Assembly: GCA_965644295.1 (NCBI GenBank) | Contig: CBFFRP010000370.1 | Coordinates: 62,001 to 126,000 of the forward strand | From: Paraphysomonas bandaiensis | Lineage: Eukaryota > Protista > Chrysophyceae | Direction of reading: 5' to 3' | Length of the DNA stretch: 64,000 bases | In this document: piece after piece, positions 24,993 to 38,318 of the stretch | Layout of the letters: each line of letters starts with the position of its first letter | Numbering within the stretch: position 1 is the stretch's first letter | Made by a program: the position numbers and the translations under genes | Notes under the pieces: model-generated | Told to the model about the DNA's origin: nothing | Database searches by the model: none | What the model saw: only the letters and a program-made list of their open reading frames with translations

Positions 24993-27575
24993 CTAATAAA
25001 ACTCTGAGCGCCTGCTATCTACATGTAAACTATGTCGCTGCTGGCCCTCAAAAGGGGATATTACTACTTTTTCGCTATCTCCGCTCGAAACAAAAGAACT
25101 TATGCTAAAAGATGAATTCCGATCATGCGATGGGGAATTCTGGTCGCATGAAGCGGCTTTCTGATCGCGGGTTATGGGCCGAACACATAGGCTTCGCATC
25201 GAAGGGATGTTAGCCTTCGCTTTCCGCATAGTCGACCAACAACTTCTGAACATTCTGCGGAAAGCCGCCCGAACAGACTCTGTGCCAAAAGCAAAAAATG
25301 GACCAATACCGAAGCTGACCATAAAGATCTGAACAACAAAGATTCGCCAGGAAACTTCGATACGAAGGGCTTGACCCCCGCATTCATCTTCTCCTGCATG
25401 CTGCGCCGAATATGCGTTCTTGCGTAACATACAGTCGTAGAAACTAATTTGGGCAAAATTTTGTATGTTCGAAGTTGTATTTGCTATTACACCAGCAGCA
25501 CCCAGTGCCACTGCAGAGCTAACTATAAGAAAAACGATGCGTCTGTACAAGTACAACGACGACAATATGGCAGAGAAGTAGGCACACATTCCACTCTTCG
25601 TTGATTTGCCCTTCTCGGATTGTCTGAAGTTTCTTTCACTGAATCGTCCTTCTGCCTGTTCCAGACCGTCGTTTCCAAATTCTACTGATACCAGGCTCAA
25701 ATCAGACGGCCGTGTATTATCCTCAGTAGAACGGGGGTTGAACCTATCAGATGAAACGGCATCGGAGGGACGGATGTCATTCTTTACCGTCCGTATGATT
25801 AAAGTAGAGCACAATAGCACCATTGATGGCCCTATAACCATCACTGGCAGCCAGACAAGTAGGAAAAACAAGAGATCTCCTACCCAGCTCTTCCCAAACA
25901 TTGGGCCACAGAAGTTGTACTCGGACTTCCAATAGTTTCCTATGTACCCAATTCCCAGAAACACCCCAGTACAAACGACTGGGTGAGCGTAGCAGAAGTA
26001 TGTCTGTACAGCCCGCCATATCCTTAGCTGGGACACCTTAGAGAGGTAGTCATAAGGACGCACTATGCAATATATATGCGAACATATCCTTCCTGTCCAT
26101 GCCTGCTGCCAACATATTGTGAAGACGATTAGGGAACCTTGGACGACACAAAAAGCGTTGTGAAGAAGAAAGCCTGCATTGCCGCTGCACTGCAAAGGGT
26201 GGCTCTGCCCGGCGACTGTGAACCCATTAACTAGCATAAAAACAACACTACAAGCATTTGAAACAGATACTCCGAGACAGAGAATCACAACCTGTTCGGA
26301 GAGGGCACACTTTTTGCGCGCCTGGATAACAGAAAGTGTCACATCCTTCGCTGCAACCGACCACGCTTCCCTCACCACACTGGCATGTTGCCCCAATGTG
26401 ACTACGCCAAGTACACATGAAAGTGCGGAGACCACGAATAAAACATAGGAATTAAGATAGAAGGTACCCCGCCTGTACCACAGATTCGGACAAGCTATGG
26501 AACACTCAGACCCATCAAACCGTGGTATAAACACCTCCGATCTACTGTCCAGAGTCTTATCATCCGGTATCACAGTTGGGTCAGGACAGACTGCTTCTGA
26601 CTCCTGTACTTCACTGGTGCCTAGAATGTAACAGTCCTCTCCTTCTGCAGCAGCGTTCTCAAGGCAAGTTTCTCCTACAAATGTTTCGGGGTCTATCGAA
26701 AAATCCTCCCCCTCCCCCCTGCCCTTGTACTTGAACCCGATAGTATCAGCTAATTCAAAAAAGTCTGCGCATGCCTTACTGATAGTAGCACAGGCCTTTG
26801 GACAATACTTCAAGTCCGTCCGGGTACCTGTAACGTTGTTATACCACACACCGTACTCTTGGTAGAGCATCCCGCAAGTATACTCCCTGATGTATGACTT
26901 GCAATTTAATGCGAGCCATATAGGGGATTGGTAGGCAACAAACTTTGTAACATTGTTCTCAAGATCATCAAAGGGAGTCGTGGAGAATAATTCATAGGTT
27001 ATCACCCCTACACATTCATCTCCAAAATACGGCGTAGGTGCAAGTGATGGTGCTGATGTGGGTACTGCAGATGGGTCAGCTGATGGAGCACATGAAGGTA
27101 AATAACTAGGGGATCCAGAGGGGTCAGATGATGGGCATGATGATGGTAGTAATGAGGGGTTAGAGGAGGGGTATGATGATGATGGTAGTGATGAGGGGAT
27201 AGAAGATGGGCATGATGATGGTGATGATGATGAGGGGATAGAAGATGGGTATGATGATGGTAGTGACGAGGGGATAGAAGATGGGTATGATGATGGTAGT
27301 GACGAGGGGATAGAAGATGGGCATGATGATGGTAGTGATGAGGGGTCAGAGGAGGGGAACGATGATGATGGTGATGATGAGGGGATTGAGATGGGTAAAC
27401 TAGTTGGACATGATGATGGAACATGCGATGGTTGATTAGATGGCATTATAGAGGGTAGTGTACTGTTTTCTGTGAGATATACGAGTGTGTATGTTGATAG
27501 TGATGAGGAGGACAAACATGTATATATAGAGGCTATTAGAAGAGTTATTTGGAGTGTTGGATGATAGAGAATCAT
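24993..27575 (-). CDS. Frizzled/Smoothened-like 7TM receptor with PS-rich stalk and Cys-rich ectodomain
   Basis: Signal peptide; (PSSxPS)n; CKSYIREYTCGMLY...CPKACATISKAC; CPDP...CSIACP linker; about seven hydrophobic helices with Cys in the loops. Confidence 0.7.
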   Translation of the reverse strand: MILYHPTLQITLLIASIYTCLSSSSLSTYTLVYLTENSTLPSIMPSNQPSHVPSSCPTSLPISIPSSSPSSSFPSSDPSSLPSSCPSSIPSSLPSSYPSSIPSSLPSSYPSSIPSSSSPSSCPSSIPSSLPSSSYPSSNPSLLPSSCPSSDPSGSPSYLPSCAPSADPSAVPTSAPSLAPTPYFGDECVGVITYELFSTTPFDDLENNVTKFVAYQSPIWLALNCKSYIREYTCGMLYQEYGVWYNNVTGTRTDLKYCPKACATISKACADFFELADTIGFKYKGRGEGEDFSIDPETFVGETCLENAAAEGEDCYILGTSEVQESEAVCPDPTVIPDDKTLDSRSEVFIPRFDGSECSIACPNLWYRRGTFYLNSYVLFVVSALSCVLGVVTLGQHASVVREAWSVAAKDVTLSVIQARKKCALSEQVVILCLGVSVSNACSVVFMLVNGFTVAGQSHPLQCSGNAGFLLHNAFCVVQGSLIVFTICWQQAWTGRICSHIYCIVRPYDYLSKVSQLRIWRAVQTYFCYAHPVVCTGVFLGIGYIGNYWKSEYNFCGPMFGKSWVGDLLFFLLVWLPVMVIGPSMVLLCSTLIIRTVKNDIRPSDAVSSDRFNPRSTEDNTRPSDLSLVSVEFGNDGLEQAEGRFSERNFRQSEKGKSTKSGMCAYFSAILSSLYLYRRIVFLIVSSAVALGAAGVIANTTSNIQNFAQISFYDCMLRKNAYSAQHAGEDECGGQALRIEVSWRIFVVQIFMVSFGIGPFFAFGTESVRAAFRRMFRSCWSTMRKAKANIPSMRSLCVRPITRDQKAASCDQNSPSHDRNSSFSISSFVSSGDSEKVVISPFEGQQRHSLHVDSRRSEFY

Positions 27576-27759
27576 CCCCTACCACTAGCACGGCCACAAT
27601 GAGTGGATAGATTATGGTGTGGTGTATAGTGGCCTGCTGTGGAGGTGTAACTAGAGATATGAGTATGGAAGGGGAGATATATGGAGGGTTACGTACATGT
27701 GTATATGTATGTATGATATGGAGGATAGGATACCATTGAGAGTAGATGTACTGCTGTAT

Positions 27760-27925
27760 TAGTGGAATAGAGGGGTACAGTACTTATTGATTGGATAGGA
27801 GAGCAGCAGTAAGTGTACTGTAGTACATTAAGAATGTATAGTATGAAGTGTCATTTGTACGTCGTAGTGGAATAGAGGGGTACTGTACTTATTGATTGGA
27901 TAGGAGAGCAGCAGTACGTGTACTG
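27760..27925. repeat. ~60-bp direct duplication in a divergent promoter region
   Basis: TAGTGGAATAGAGGGGTAC.GTACTTATTGATTGGATAGGAGAGCAGCAGTA at ~27760 and ~27865. Confidence 0.8.
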
Positions 27926-28264
27926 TAGTAGTACACTATGAATAAGATGGTACAGTACTTATTCGTATGATAGAACAGTACAAGTACTGCAGTACAGTAG
28001 AGCGATATGTTATGAATATTTCAGTACTTCTCTCGCTGTATGTACAGCAGTACACACAGCAGTAGAGTCCTATGAGACCATAGAGTAGTATTGAAATACA
28101 GACGTATGTGTATATATATAGCAGTTAACTTTACAGAGTTTCTAGTATATACATACATAATACCACCTTAACCCTTAATATAAACATACACTACATACAA
28201 AATAAACTTCAATTGCAATTAACATTGATTACATATCACTACATTACCTTACTATATCTTATCA

Positions 28265-29463
28265 ATGGCCCGAAATGAGCATTTAGATGATAATATCAGT
28301 TGTTTCCTTCAGTCGATAGGAATCAACTCTGATAATGATACAGATATGCATGATATAGAAAACAAATTAATGTTTCATACTTTAGAAAGTTTAGGTACAT
28401 TATTACATGTTGCTGTGAAGAATAATGCTCGTAGTCAACAACGTGCAGATGATGATCAAGACGAAGATATTCAAGACGTACTGCGGAGGTCTTTTTCATC
28501 GGCTTTACATTATTTTGCGGATAATATCAAGTCCCCACCTGATGAGGATATAAGGGAACCGTACCCTGAGAAGTGGCTGAAAGAATCTTTCCCAGATTCA
28601 GCAAAAGAAGAGGATGGAAGAACGTGGCTGCCTCTGCAGTGGGCCTTGAAAGCGGCTGATAGTAAAACTGATATGCTTGGCGTGGAGGATGCAGAAATTT
28701 TGCTAAAGGAATACCAGTCTGTTGAATTTGCAGTTTCGCCACTATCAATGGCCGTCGCTAAAAGCGAGCCATGCTTGGACGTGGTCCGCTCCATTCTCCA
28801 TCATAACCCTTCTGCAGCAAAGGAGCCTGACCGCGACAAGGCCTATCCTTTCATGTACGCATGCGCCTGGAATAGAAATATAGAGACTGTAGAACTGCTA
28901 CACAGTCAATGTCCCGCCACCGTTGACAAGGCAGACATATACGGGTTCCGTGCACTCCACTACGCTTCCTATGTCGGCTCTCTTGATATGGTACGATACC
29001 TTTTGCGGCTAAACCCACGTGCGGCGCAGCAGCCAAATAGATATGGCGTTCTTCCCCTCAATGCATGTGTAGTAAACCGACTGGGGTCTCTAGAAATGAC
29101 TAGGCTCATATATGAAGCACATCCTCCAGCAGTTCGTGTGGCAGATGAGAATGGTCTTCTCCCATTGCACAAAGCTGCGCAGCATGCATCCATGGAAACC
29201 ATACAGGTAAGTCTTAACATCGACCGCTGTCATACAAAAGACAACAGCTAAACGAAATGTTGTAGTTTTTGTTAGAGGCTTTTCCAGAGGCTGTTAACCT
29301 CACAGATGAGGAAGGACTTCTTCCTCTTCACTATTCGGGTATCCGTGTAGACAAGGACCTAGAAATTCAACAGTTTATTCTGGAGGCCAGTCCCAAGAGT
29401 GCAGCGGACAGTGCGAGGGTAGCTCTAGCAAGTTCTCAAAAGAAAGAATGTGTGATTATGTAA
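28265..29463 (+). CDS. Ankyrin-repeat protein with C-terminal CaaX motif (CVIM), 2 exons
   Basis: GFRALHYA, GVLPLNAC, GLLPLHKA and GLLPLHYS repeats; intron 29207-29265; ends KKECVIM*. Confidence 0.88.
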
Positions 29464-31106
29464 TATTGTAGGACTGCCGATGTTAGGTCTTATAGAGATT
29501 TATTATTACTATTATTATTATTTGCGATGTTATGTAAAGTAGTACATTACAATCACACTTCAATACCAGTTGCTTTTTTCTGTCAGGAGTGTTAGATGGG
29601 GTACATGTGAACACAAACAAGCAGCGTAATCTTCATATGCAAACGACTCTAAAAAGGGCAGCAGAAGGAAGATTTTAATCTCTCATATTTGTTGTTTTTC
29701 TGGTCTCGACGTGACCACGACTAATTGGTATTATTTATTCACACTAAATGCTGTTGTAATTCAACTAGATCTATCATTGGATCAGCAATATGCCAGAACA
29801 CACAGTCTACCACAAAACGAAATGACAGACTATGTTAATTGATACACTTGATGCTACTCTCATCTCTCACACGCAATGAGAAGAATTCATTCAATCCATT
29901 GCTCAAGCGAATTAATACGACTACTGTGACTTAGACTTCTGTGTGCGGTAAGTGTAATTGTTATCTTCACAAAATTCGATGACATCATTAGGGAGTTCCC
30001 CAGCGACTTCAATGGCATACATTCCAGGGACACCTTTATCTATGAAACGGTGAGTAACTATAAACAACTTGCATAACGAAATACGTACCTATCCGCTGCC
30101 ATCTGGCTACCCAACTACCCCGTGGTTCAAGAAGTGATATCATTCCTTCAAAATATGAAGTAGTACACTATAAGTATAAGTATTACTAGCCATTACTACA
30201 TATACAGTGATATATATGATAAGTACCGTATTTATTCTGCTCTGATTTCTACGCAAGCGTAAAAACTCACAATTCTCACATCCATCCTCATAAAACTGTA
30301 TATATGTGTGTTATTTGTATGTAAAAGTGTGTATGTTTTGACAAACCTGCTCATATGTTTTCAACAGAGAGCATCGCATGCAACAACGAATAGCTTTAAA
30401 TGTATCAGGAATACCTGCGTATAATTCAGACACATCGACTACTTCATCGTCCATTATGAATTGATTATGTGTAATGAAGTAGTTATTGATTAGATGAATT
30501 GAATGAGTGGTATATGAGTGGAGTTAAGATAAGAGTTAATGCTCTATGAACTGCTATATATATATATATATATATACTGCCATAGACACACTGCACTGGT
30601 CTGTATATATATAGAGAGAGGGGGAGAGAACACATACGATACCATAAGAACTGTACGTAAAATCAACCTGTGTGCTATATATCGCTATTTTAGAGCATAA
30701 AATCTAATTTTTATCTTTTTTGGGGGCCAATTTTCCCTATTTTTTATTTTACTTACCATATATACCTGCATTTTCCTACTTTCAGCCTATTTTAACTAAA
30801 ATATTTCCTATTTTTACCTAGACAGATATTTGTATATGAAGATACTCGTATGTCGAGCTGTAGGATTGTATTTGAACATTTAAAATCCCCTGCAATGATA
30901 GTTGCGTATAGTGGAGATATCCATATGCATGTATAGTAGAGAGCCATCACGTGTTCATCATATACATATAGAGAAGACTAGAAGAAAATCGAAGTTGAAA
31001 GTGAAGTCGAAGTGAAAGTGGCGAATATTCATATTCAACTTCGTTCTTCATTGCACAGAGAGTATATACCCCAGTGGCTTATATATAGTAAATCGTGTAG
31101 AGCAGT

Positions 31107-34100
31107 ATGCAGGAATATGAAGCATGTAGATACAGCTGCAGTTCATCTGACTCCTCTTTATATTCACCATCACATACATATACATATACTCATGCAATAG
31201 ATAAACTCCCATATATTGAAATGGGAAAACATCTTCAGGGGTTACGTCAATTGATGTTAAAGTGCTGTCGAGAGAAAGAAAAGATGCATGTGGCGATATC
31301 TATTCATACAACTGACCATATGGATTCTACTCATAATATACAGAAAAAACAAGAAGATTTCATAGAAAAAGAGTATGAAAACACTGTGGGATATACACAG
31401 GTGACTCCCCCTGCTCGTGGACCCTTATCAGTACAAGAACTTCTTGCTTATGCTACTCCAAATAAGATTGATGGCATACAACATAGAAATATACCTGTAA
31501 TCTCACCTGATGAAGAAGATATGGGGAATAAAGGGCGTGTAAGGGGTATAGAAGGAAGGTATGGTGGAGAAAAAGAGCTACGTGCATCGGGATACTCCTT
31601 AGCATCTTCACTATCTGTTGGGAATCGAGAGAAGGGAACCGCATTAGCACCGATGTTGGAATGGCGGAGACATGCTCTACTCATGGAGGGTGATAAACTG
31701 ACCCTTGAGGAAGTGGCGGAGAGTCAACAGAATTTACTTGAGCAAATGTATGCTGAGTTAGTGGGTTCTGCCGCAGGAGAAATCTACCTCAGGAGAATAG
31801 TGTGCGCGGTAAGTATGTAAATATCTACTGTATTTACACAATAACCCCACTGTTTATATGGAAACAGATGTTGGCAACGCATTGTGCTGAGAAAAAGCTC
31901 ACGAAAACTTTTCCAACACCGAAATTTTTAAGTACTGAACGAGAACAGTTCTCTGCAGAGACGCAGAAAGACGAATCTGAAACGACGCCGTTATATGAGC
32001 AAATTTCTGAATTACGGCGTGAAATTGACAGTAAAAGTAAACTTTTGTATTCTACTCAGTCAGAACTGAGATCGCTTCAGGAGTCAGATGAGTTATCACG
32101 TCGTGATCGTAACGAAGTGTTGGAGCGTTGCTTATCTGATGTCCGTCGCATGGAGGGGTTAGTATCGAGGTATCGCAGTAGTGCTGATGCATCCGATAAA
32201 GCATTGCATCAAGCTAAACAGGAATGGGAAACAGAAAGAGAATCACTAAGGAGATCCCTACTTTCACTAGAGCAACGAGTAGTGCAGCATACCGAAAAAG
32301 AGAATGAATTTATGGAAAATATTGAGTGTCTCCAATCCAAGTTGGAGAAAATGAGAACGGAGTCTGGTGTTGCTGGATCTGCGTTGTCTGATATGACGGC
32401 GGAGCGAGACTCTTTGCTGGAGGAAGTGTCATCACTTCGATCTGAGTTGGTTGCATTGAGAACAGAGTCTGGTGTTGCTGAATCTACATTGTCTGAAATG
32501 ACAGCAGAGCGGGATTCATTGTTAGCGGAAATGTCATCACTTCAATCCGAGTTGGATGCATTGAGAGCGGAGTCTGGTGTTGCTGGTTCTGCATTGTCTG
32601 AAATGACAGCAGAACGAGATTCTTTGCTGGAGGAAGTGTCATCACTTCGATCTGAGTTGGATGCATTGAGAACGGAGTCTGGTGTTGCTGAATCTGCATT
32701 GTCTGAAATGACAGCAGAGCGGGATTCATTGTTAGCGGATGTGTCATCACTTCGATCTGAGTTGGATGCATTGAGAACGGAGTCTGGTGTTGCTGAATCT
32801 ACATTGTCTGAGGTGACTGCAGAGCGAGATTCTTTGATGGAGGATGTGTCATCACTTCGATCTGAGTTGGATGCATTGAGAACGGAGTCTGGTGTTGCTG
32901 GTTCAGCATTGTCTGAAATGACGGCGGAGCGAGATTCATTGTTAGCGGAAGTGTCATCACTTCGATCTGAGTTGGTTGCATTGAGAACGGAGTCTGGTGT
33001 TGCTGGTTCAGCATTGTCTGAAATGACAGCAGAGCGGGATTCATTGTTAGCGGAAGTGTCATCACTTCGATCCGAGTTGGTTGGATTGAGAACGGAGTCT
33101 GGTGTTGCTGGATCTGCATTGTCTGAAATGACAGCAGGACGAGATTCTTTGCTGGAGGAAGTGTCATCACTTCAATCTGAGTTGGAAGCATTGAGAACGG
33201 AGTCTTGTGTTGCTGGTTCTGCATTGTCTGATATGACGGCGGAGCGCGATTCTTTGTTAGTGGAAGTGTCATCACTTCGATCTGAGTTGGAAGCATTGAG
33301 AACGGAGTCTGGTGTTGCTGGTTCTGCATTGTCTGATATGACGGCGGAGCGAGATTCATTGCTGGAGGATGTGTCATCACTTCGATCTGAGTTGGTTGCA
33401 ATGTTTGAGTCTAAGGAGTCTGTTATATTGTCCTTGGAAGAGCAAATTTTGAAATTGAGAAGTGAAATTGACAGTAAAAGTAAACTTTTGTATTCTACTC
33501 AGTCAGAACTGAGATCGCTTCAGGAGTCAGATGAGTTATCACGTCGTGATCGTAACGAAGTGTTGGAGCGTTGCTTATCTGATGTCCGTCGCATGGAGGG
33601 GTTAGTATCGAGGTATCGCAGTAGTGCTGATGCATCCGATAAAGCATTGCATCAAGCTAAACAGGAATGGGAAACAGAAAGAGAATCACTAAGGAGATCC
33701 CTACTTTCACTAGAGCAACGAGTAGTGCAGCATACCGAAAAAGAGAATGAATTTATGGAAAATATTGAGTGTCTCCAATCCAAGTTGGAGAAAATGAGAA
33801 CGGAGTCTGGTGTTGCTGGATCTGCATTGTCTGAGGTTACTGCAGAGCGAGATTCATTGTTAGCGGATGTGTCATCACTTCGATCTGAGTTGGAAGCATT
33901 GAGAACGGAGTCTGGTGTTGCTGGATCTGCGTTGTCTGATATGACGGCGGAGCGAGACTCTTTGCTGGAGGATGTGTCATCACTTCGATCTGAGTTGGTT
34001 GCATTGAGAACAGAGTCTGGTGTTGCTGAATCTACATTGTCTGATATGGCAGCAGAGCGGGATTCATTGTTAGCGGAAGTGTCATCACTTCGATCCGAGT

Positions 34101-37100
34101 TGGAAGCATTGAGAACGGAGTCTGGTGTTGCTGGATCTGCGTTGTCTGATATGACGGCGGAGCGAGACTCTTTGCTGGAGGATGTGTCATCACTTCGATC
34201 TGAGTTGGTTGCATTGAGAACAGAGTCTGGTGTTGCTGAATCTACATTGTCTGATATGGCAGCAGAGCGGGATTCATTGTTAGCGGAAGTGTCATCACTT
34301 CGATCCGAGTTGGATGCATTGAGAACGGAGTCTGGTGTTGCTGGTTCTGCATTGTCTGAAATGACAGCAGGACGAGATTCTTTGCTGGAGGAAGTGTCAT
34401 CACTTCGTTCTGAGTTGGTTACATTGAGAACGGAGTCTGGTGTTGCTGGATCTACATTGTCTGATATGACAGCAGAGCGGGATTCATTGTTAGCGGAAGT
34501 GTTATCACTTCGATCCGAGTTGGATGCATTGAGAACGGAGTCTGGTGTTGCTGGTTCTGCATTGTCTGAAATGACAGCAGGACGAGATTCTTTGCTGGAG
34601 GAAGTGTCATCACTTCGTTCTGAGTTGGTTACATTGAGAACGGAGTCTGGTGTTGCTGGATCTGCATTGTCTGAAATGACAGCAGAGCGGGATTCATTGT
34701 TAGCGGAAGTGTCATCACTTCGATCCGAGTTGGATGCATTGAGAACGGAGTCTGGTGTTGCTGGTTCAGCATTGTCTGATATGACGGCGGAGCGCGATTC
34801 ATTGTTAGCGGAAGTGTCATCACTTCGATCCGAGTTGGATGCATTGAGAACGGAGTCTGGTGTTGCTGGTTCTGCATTGTCTGATATGACGGCGGAGCGA
34901 GATTCATTGCTGGAGGATGTGTCATCACTTCGTTCTGAGTTGGTTGCATTTAGATCGGAGTCTGGTGTTGCTGAATCTACATTGTCTGAGGTGACTGCAG
35001 AGCGAGATTCTTTGATGGAGGATGTGTCATCACTTCGATCTGAGTTGGTTGGATTGAGAACGGAGTCTGGTGTTGCTGAATCTGCATTGTCTGAGGTTAC
35101 TGTGGAGCGAGATTCATTGTTAACGGAAGTGTCATCACTTCGATCTGAGTTGGATGCATTGAGAACGGAGTCTGGTGTTGCTGGTTCAGCATTGTCTGAT
35201 ATGACAGCAGAGCGGGATTCATTGTTAGCGGAAGTGTCATCACTTCGATCTGAGTTGGATGCATTGAGAACGGAGTCTGGTGTTGCTGGTTCATCATTGT
35301 CTGATATGACGGCGGAGCGCGATTCATTGTTAGCGGAAGTGTCATCACTTCGATCCGAGTTGGATGCATTGAGAACGGAGTCTGGTGTTGCTGGTTCTGC
35401 ATTGTCTGATATGACGGCGGAGCGAGATTCATTGTTAGCGGAAGTGTCATCACTTCGTTCTGAGTTGGTTGCATTTAGATCGGAGTCTGGTGTTGCTGAA
35501 TCTACATTGTCTGAGGTGACTGCAGAGCGAGATTCTTTTCTGGAGGAAGTGTCATCACTTCGATCTGAGTTGGTTGGATTCAGAACGGAGTCTGGTGTTG
35601 CTGAATCTGCATTGTCTGAAATGACAGCAGAGCGGGATTCATTGTTAGCGGAAGTGTCATCACTTCGATCCGAGTTGGATGCATTGAGAACGGAGTCTGG
35701 TGTTGTTGGATCTGCATTGTCTGAAATGACAGCAGGACGAGATTCTTTGCTGGAGGAAGTGTCATCACTTCAATCTGAGTTGGAAGCATTGAGAACGGAG
35801 TCTGGTGTTGCTGAATCTGCATTGTCTGATATGACGGCGGAGCGAGATTCATTGCTGGAGGATGTGTCATCACTTCGATCTGAGTTGGTTGCAATGTTTG
35901 AGTCTAAGGAGTCTGTTATATTGTCCTCGGAAGAGCAAATTTTGAAATTGAGAAGTGAAATTGACAGTAAAAGTAAACTTTTGTATTCTACTCAGTCAGA
36001 ACTGAGATCGCTTCAGGAGTCAGATGAGTTATCACGTCGTGATCGTAACGAAGTGTTGGAGCGATGCTTATCTGATGTCCGTCGCATGGAGGGGTTAGTA
36101 TCGAGGTATCGCAGTAGTGCTGATGCATCCGATAAAGCATTGCATCAAGCTAAACAGGAATGGGAAACAGAAAGAGAATCACTAAGGAGATCCCTACTTT
36201 CACTAGAGCAACGAGTAGTGCAGCATACCGAAAAAGAGAATGAATTTATGGAAAATATTGAGTGTCTCCAATCCAAGTTGGAGAAAATGAGAACGGAGTC
36301 TGGTGTTGCTGAATCTGCATTGTCTGAAATGACTGCAGAGCGAGATTCTTTTCTGGAGGAAGTGTCATCACTTCGATCTGAGTTGGTTGGATTGAGAACG
36401 GAGTCTGGTGTTGCTGGTTCTGCGTTGTCTGAAATGACAGCAGAGCGGGATTCATTGTTAGCGGAAGTGTCATCACTTCGATCCGAGTTGGATGCATTGA
36501 GAACGGAGTCTGGTGTTGTTGGATCTGCATTGTCTGAAATGACAGCAGGACGAGATTCTTTGTTAGTGGAAGTGTCATCACTTCGATCTGAGTTGGAAGC
36601 ATTGAGAACGGAGTCTGGTGTTGCTGGTTCTGCATTGTCTGATATGACGGCGGAGCGAGATTCATTGCTGGAGGATGTGTCATCACTTCGATCTGAGTTG
36701 GTTGCAATGTTTGAGTCTAAGGAGTCTGTTATATTGTCCTCGGAAGAGCAAATTTTGAAATTGAGAAGTGAAATTGACAGTAAAAGTAAACTTTTGTATT
36801 CTACTCAGTCAGAACTGAGATCGCTTCAGGAGTCAGATGAGTTATCACGTCGTGATCGTAACGAAGTGTTGGAGCGATGCTTATCTGATGTCCGTCGCAT
36901 GGAGGGGTTAGTATCGAGGTATCGCAGTAGTGCTGATGCATCCGATAAAGCATTGCATCAAGCTAAACAGGAATGGGAAACAGAAAGAGAATCACTAAGG
37001 AGATCCCTACTTTCACTAGAGCAACGAGTAGTGCAGCATACCGAAAAAGAGAATGAATTTATGGAAAATATTGAGTGTCTCCAATCCAAGTTGGAGAAAA

Positions 37101-38318
37101 TGAGAACGGAGTCTGGTGTTGCTGAATCTGCGTTGTCTGAAATGACTGCAGAGCGAGATTCATTGTTAGCGGAAGTGTCATCACTTCGATCTGAGTTGGA
37201 AGCATTGAGAACGGAGTCTGGTGTTGCTGGTTCTGCGTTGTCTGAAATGACGGCAGAGCGAGATTCATTGCTGGAGGATGTATTGTCGCTTCGGAGTCAT
37301 AATGGAGTGTTAAGAGATCGTGTTGCTGGTCTTAATGAAGAATGTCGTCTATTGAATGATGATATGGAATCAAACTACAAATACTATTCTGAGAAACTTT
37401 CTGCTGCACGGGTACTTTTACAAGAGAAAGAGTCAGCTTTACTCGCACTACATGGGCGGTTACATCACCTCACGGACAGATATCATGTTCTTGTTGGTGA
37501 AGATATTGACTCGTTGCACAGAAGTTCTTCAGTATTGAACGGTGTACTTTCAATTTTGAGTCGCCTTGGAGACATATTTTTACAGAGAAAACATTCTTCC
37601 GTTGCGAAATCTGCTGATCGTGTGTTTTCAATGTTGGACAGTCACACACATTTGGTAAGGGCTGAATACAGAGCGCAGAACATGCGTCTTCAGGAACTCA
37701 AAAATAAATGTATTCTCGTGCATGAGTCTCATCGTGATCACATCACGGAAAAAGTCGATGACATTCTAGCCGGCCTTGTACATGATCTCCAAGGATGCGA
37801 TAGACATTTGAGAGAGCTAAATGGTGTTGGGATTGATGACTGCGTTGAGCGCATGGATATACTCGGGCGTGTCCTGACGCTGCTCAAGAAATGTTCAGTG
37901 GATGTGCAAAATGTTTTAGACCTACGAAAAACGAAGGCACAATCTTTTGCAGCAACAGTGGGAGCTGTTGACCAACACAATAATTCTCAGCAGGAGACAT
38001 ACTTGACTGCAGCTCTGGACCGGGAAAGGATTAAAACTCGAGGGGCTATTAGCTTGGTGCGTCAGCAGCAGTTATGCATACTTACACAAAGGTGAGTGTC
38101 GTCCTTGAGAGTGACGATCCATTGTTGGTAATATTGTTTATAGGCTGCTTCTGCACAAATACAAAGCTAAATTAGGGACAGAGAGATCTTTAGATCACGT
38201 GAAAGAAAATCTGGACTCACTCAATCCTACAATCTTAATTGAGAGGGCAGAGTCTTTAGTATCCGAAATGTCAGAGAGCGTTAATAGAATAAGAAATGCC
38301 GACATTTCTATAGGATAA
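31107..38318 (+). CDS. Giant coiled-coil protein with 35-aa tandem repeats (3 exons: 31107-31808, 31868-38091, 38144-38318)
   Basis: Both introns are GT-AG and phase-compatible; about 36 copies of LRTESGVAGSALSEMTAERDSLLAEVSSLRSELDA interspersed with a repeated 131-aa module. Confidence 0.8.

Noticed and set aside
29580-30160. Possible transposase remnants (also 24150-24950, 38880-39320)
   Set aside because: No recognisable motif or intact frame that I could support
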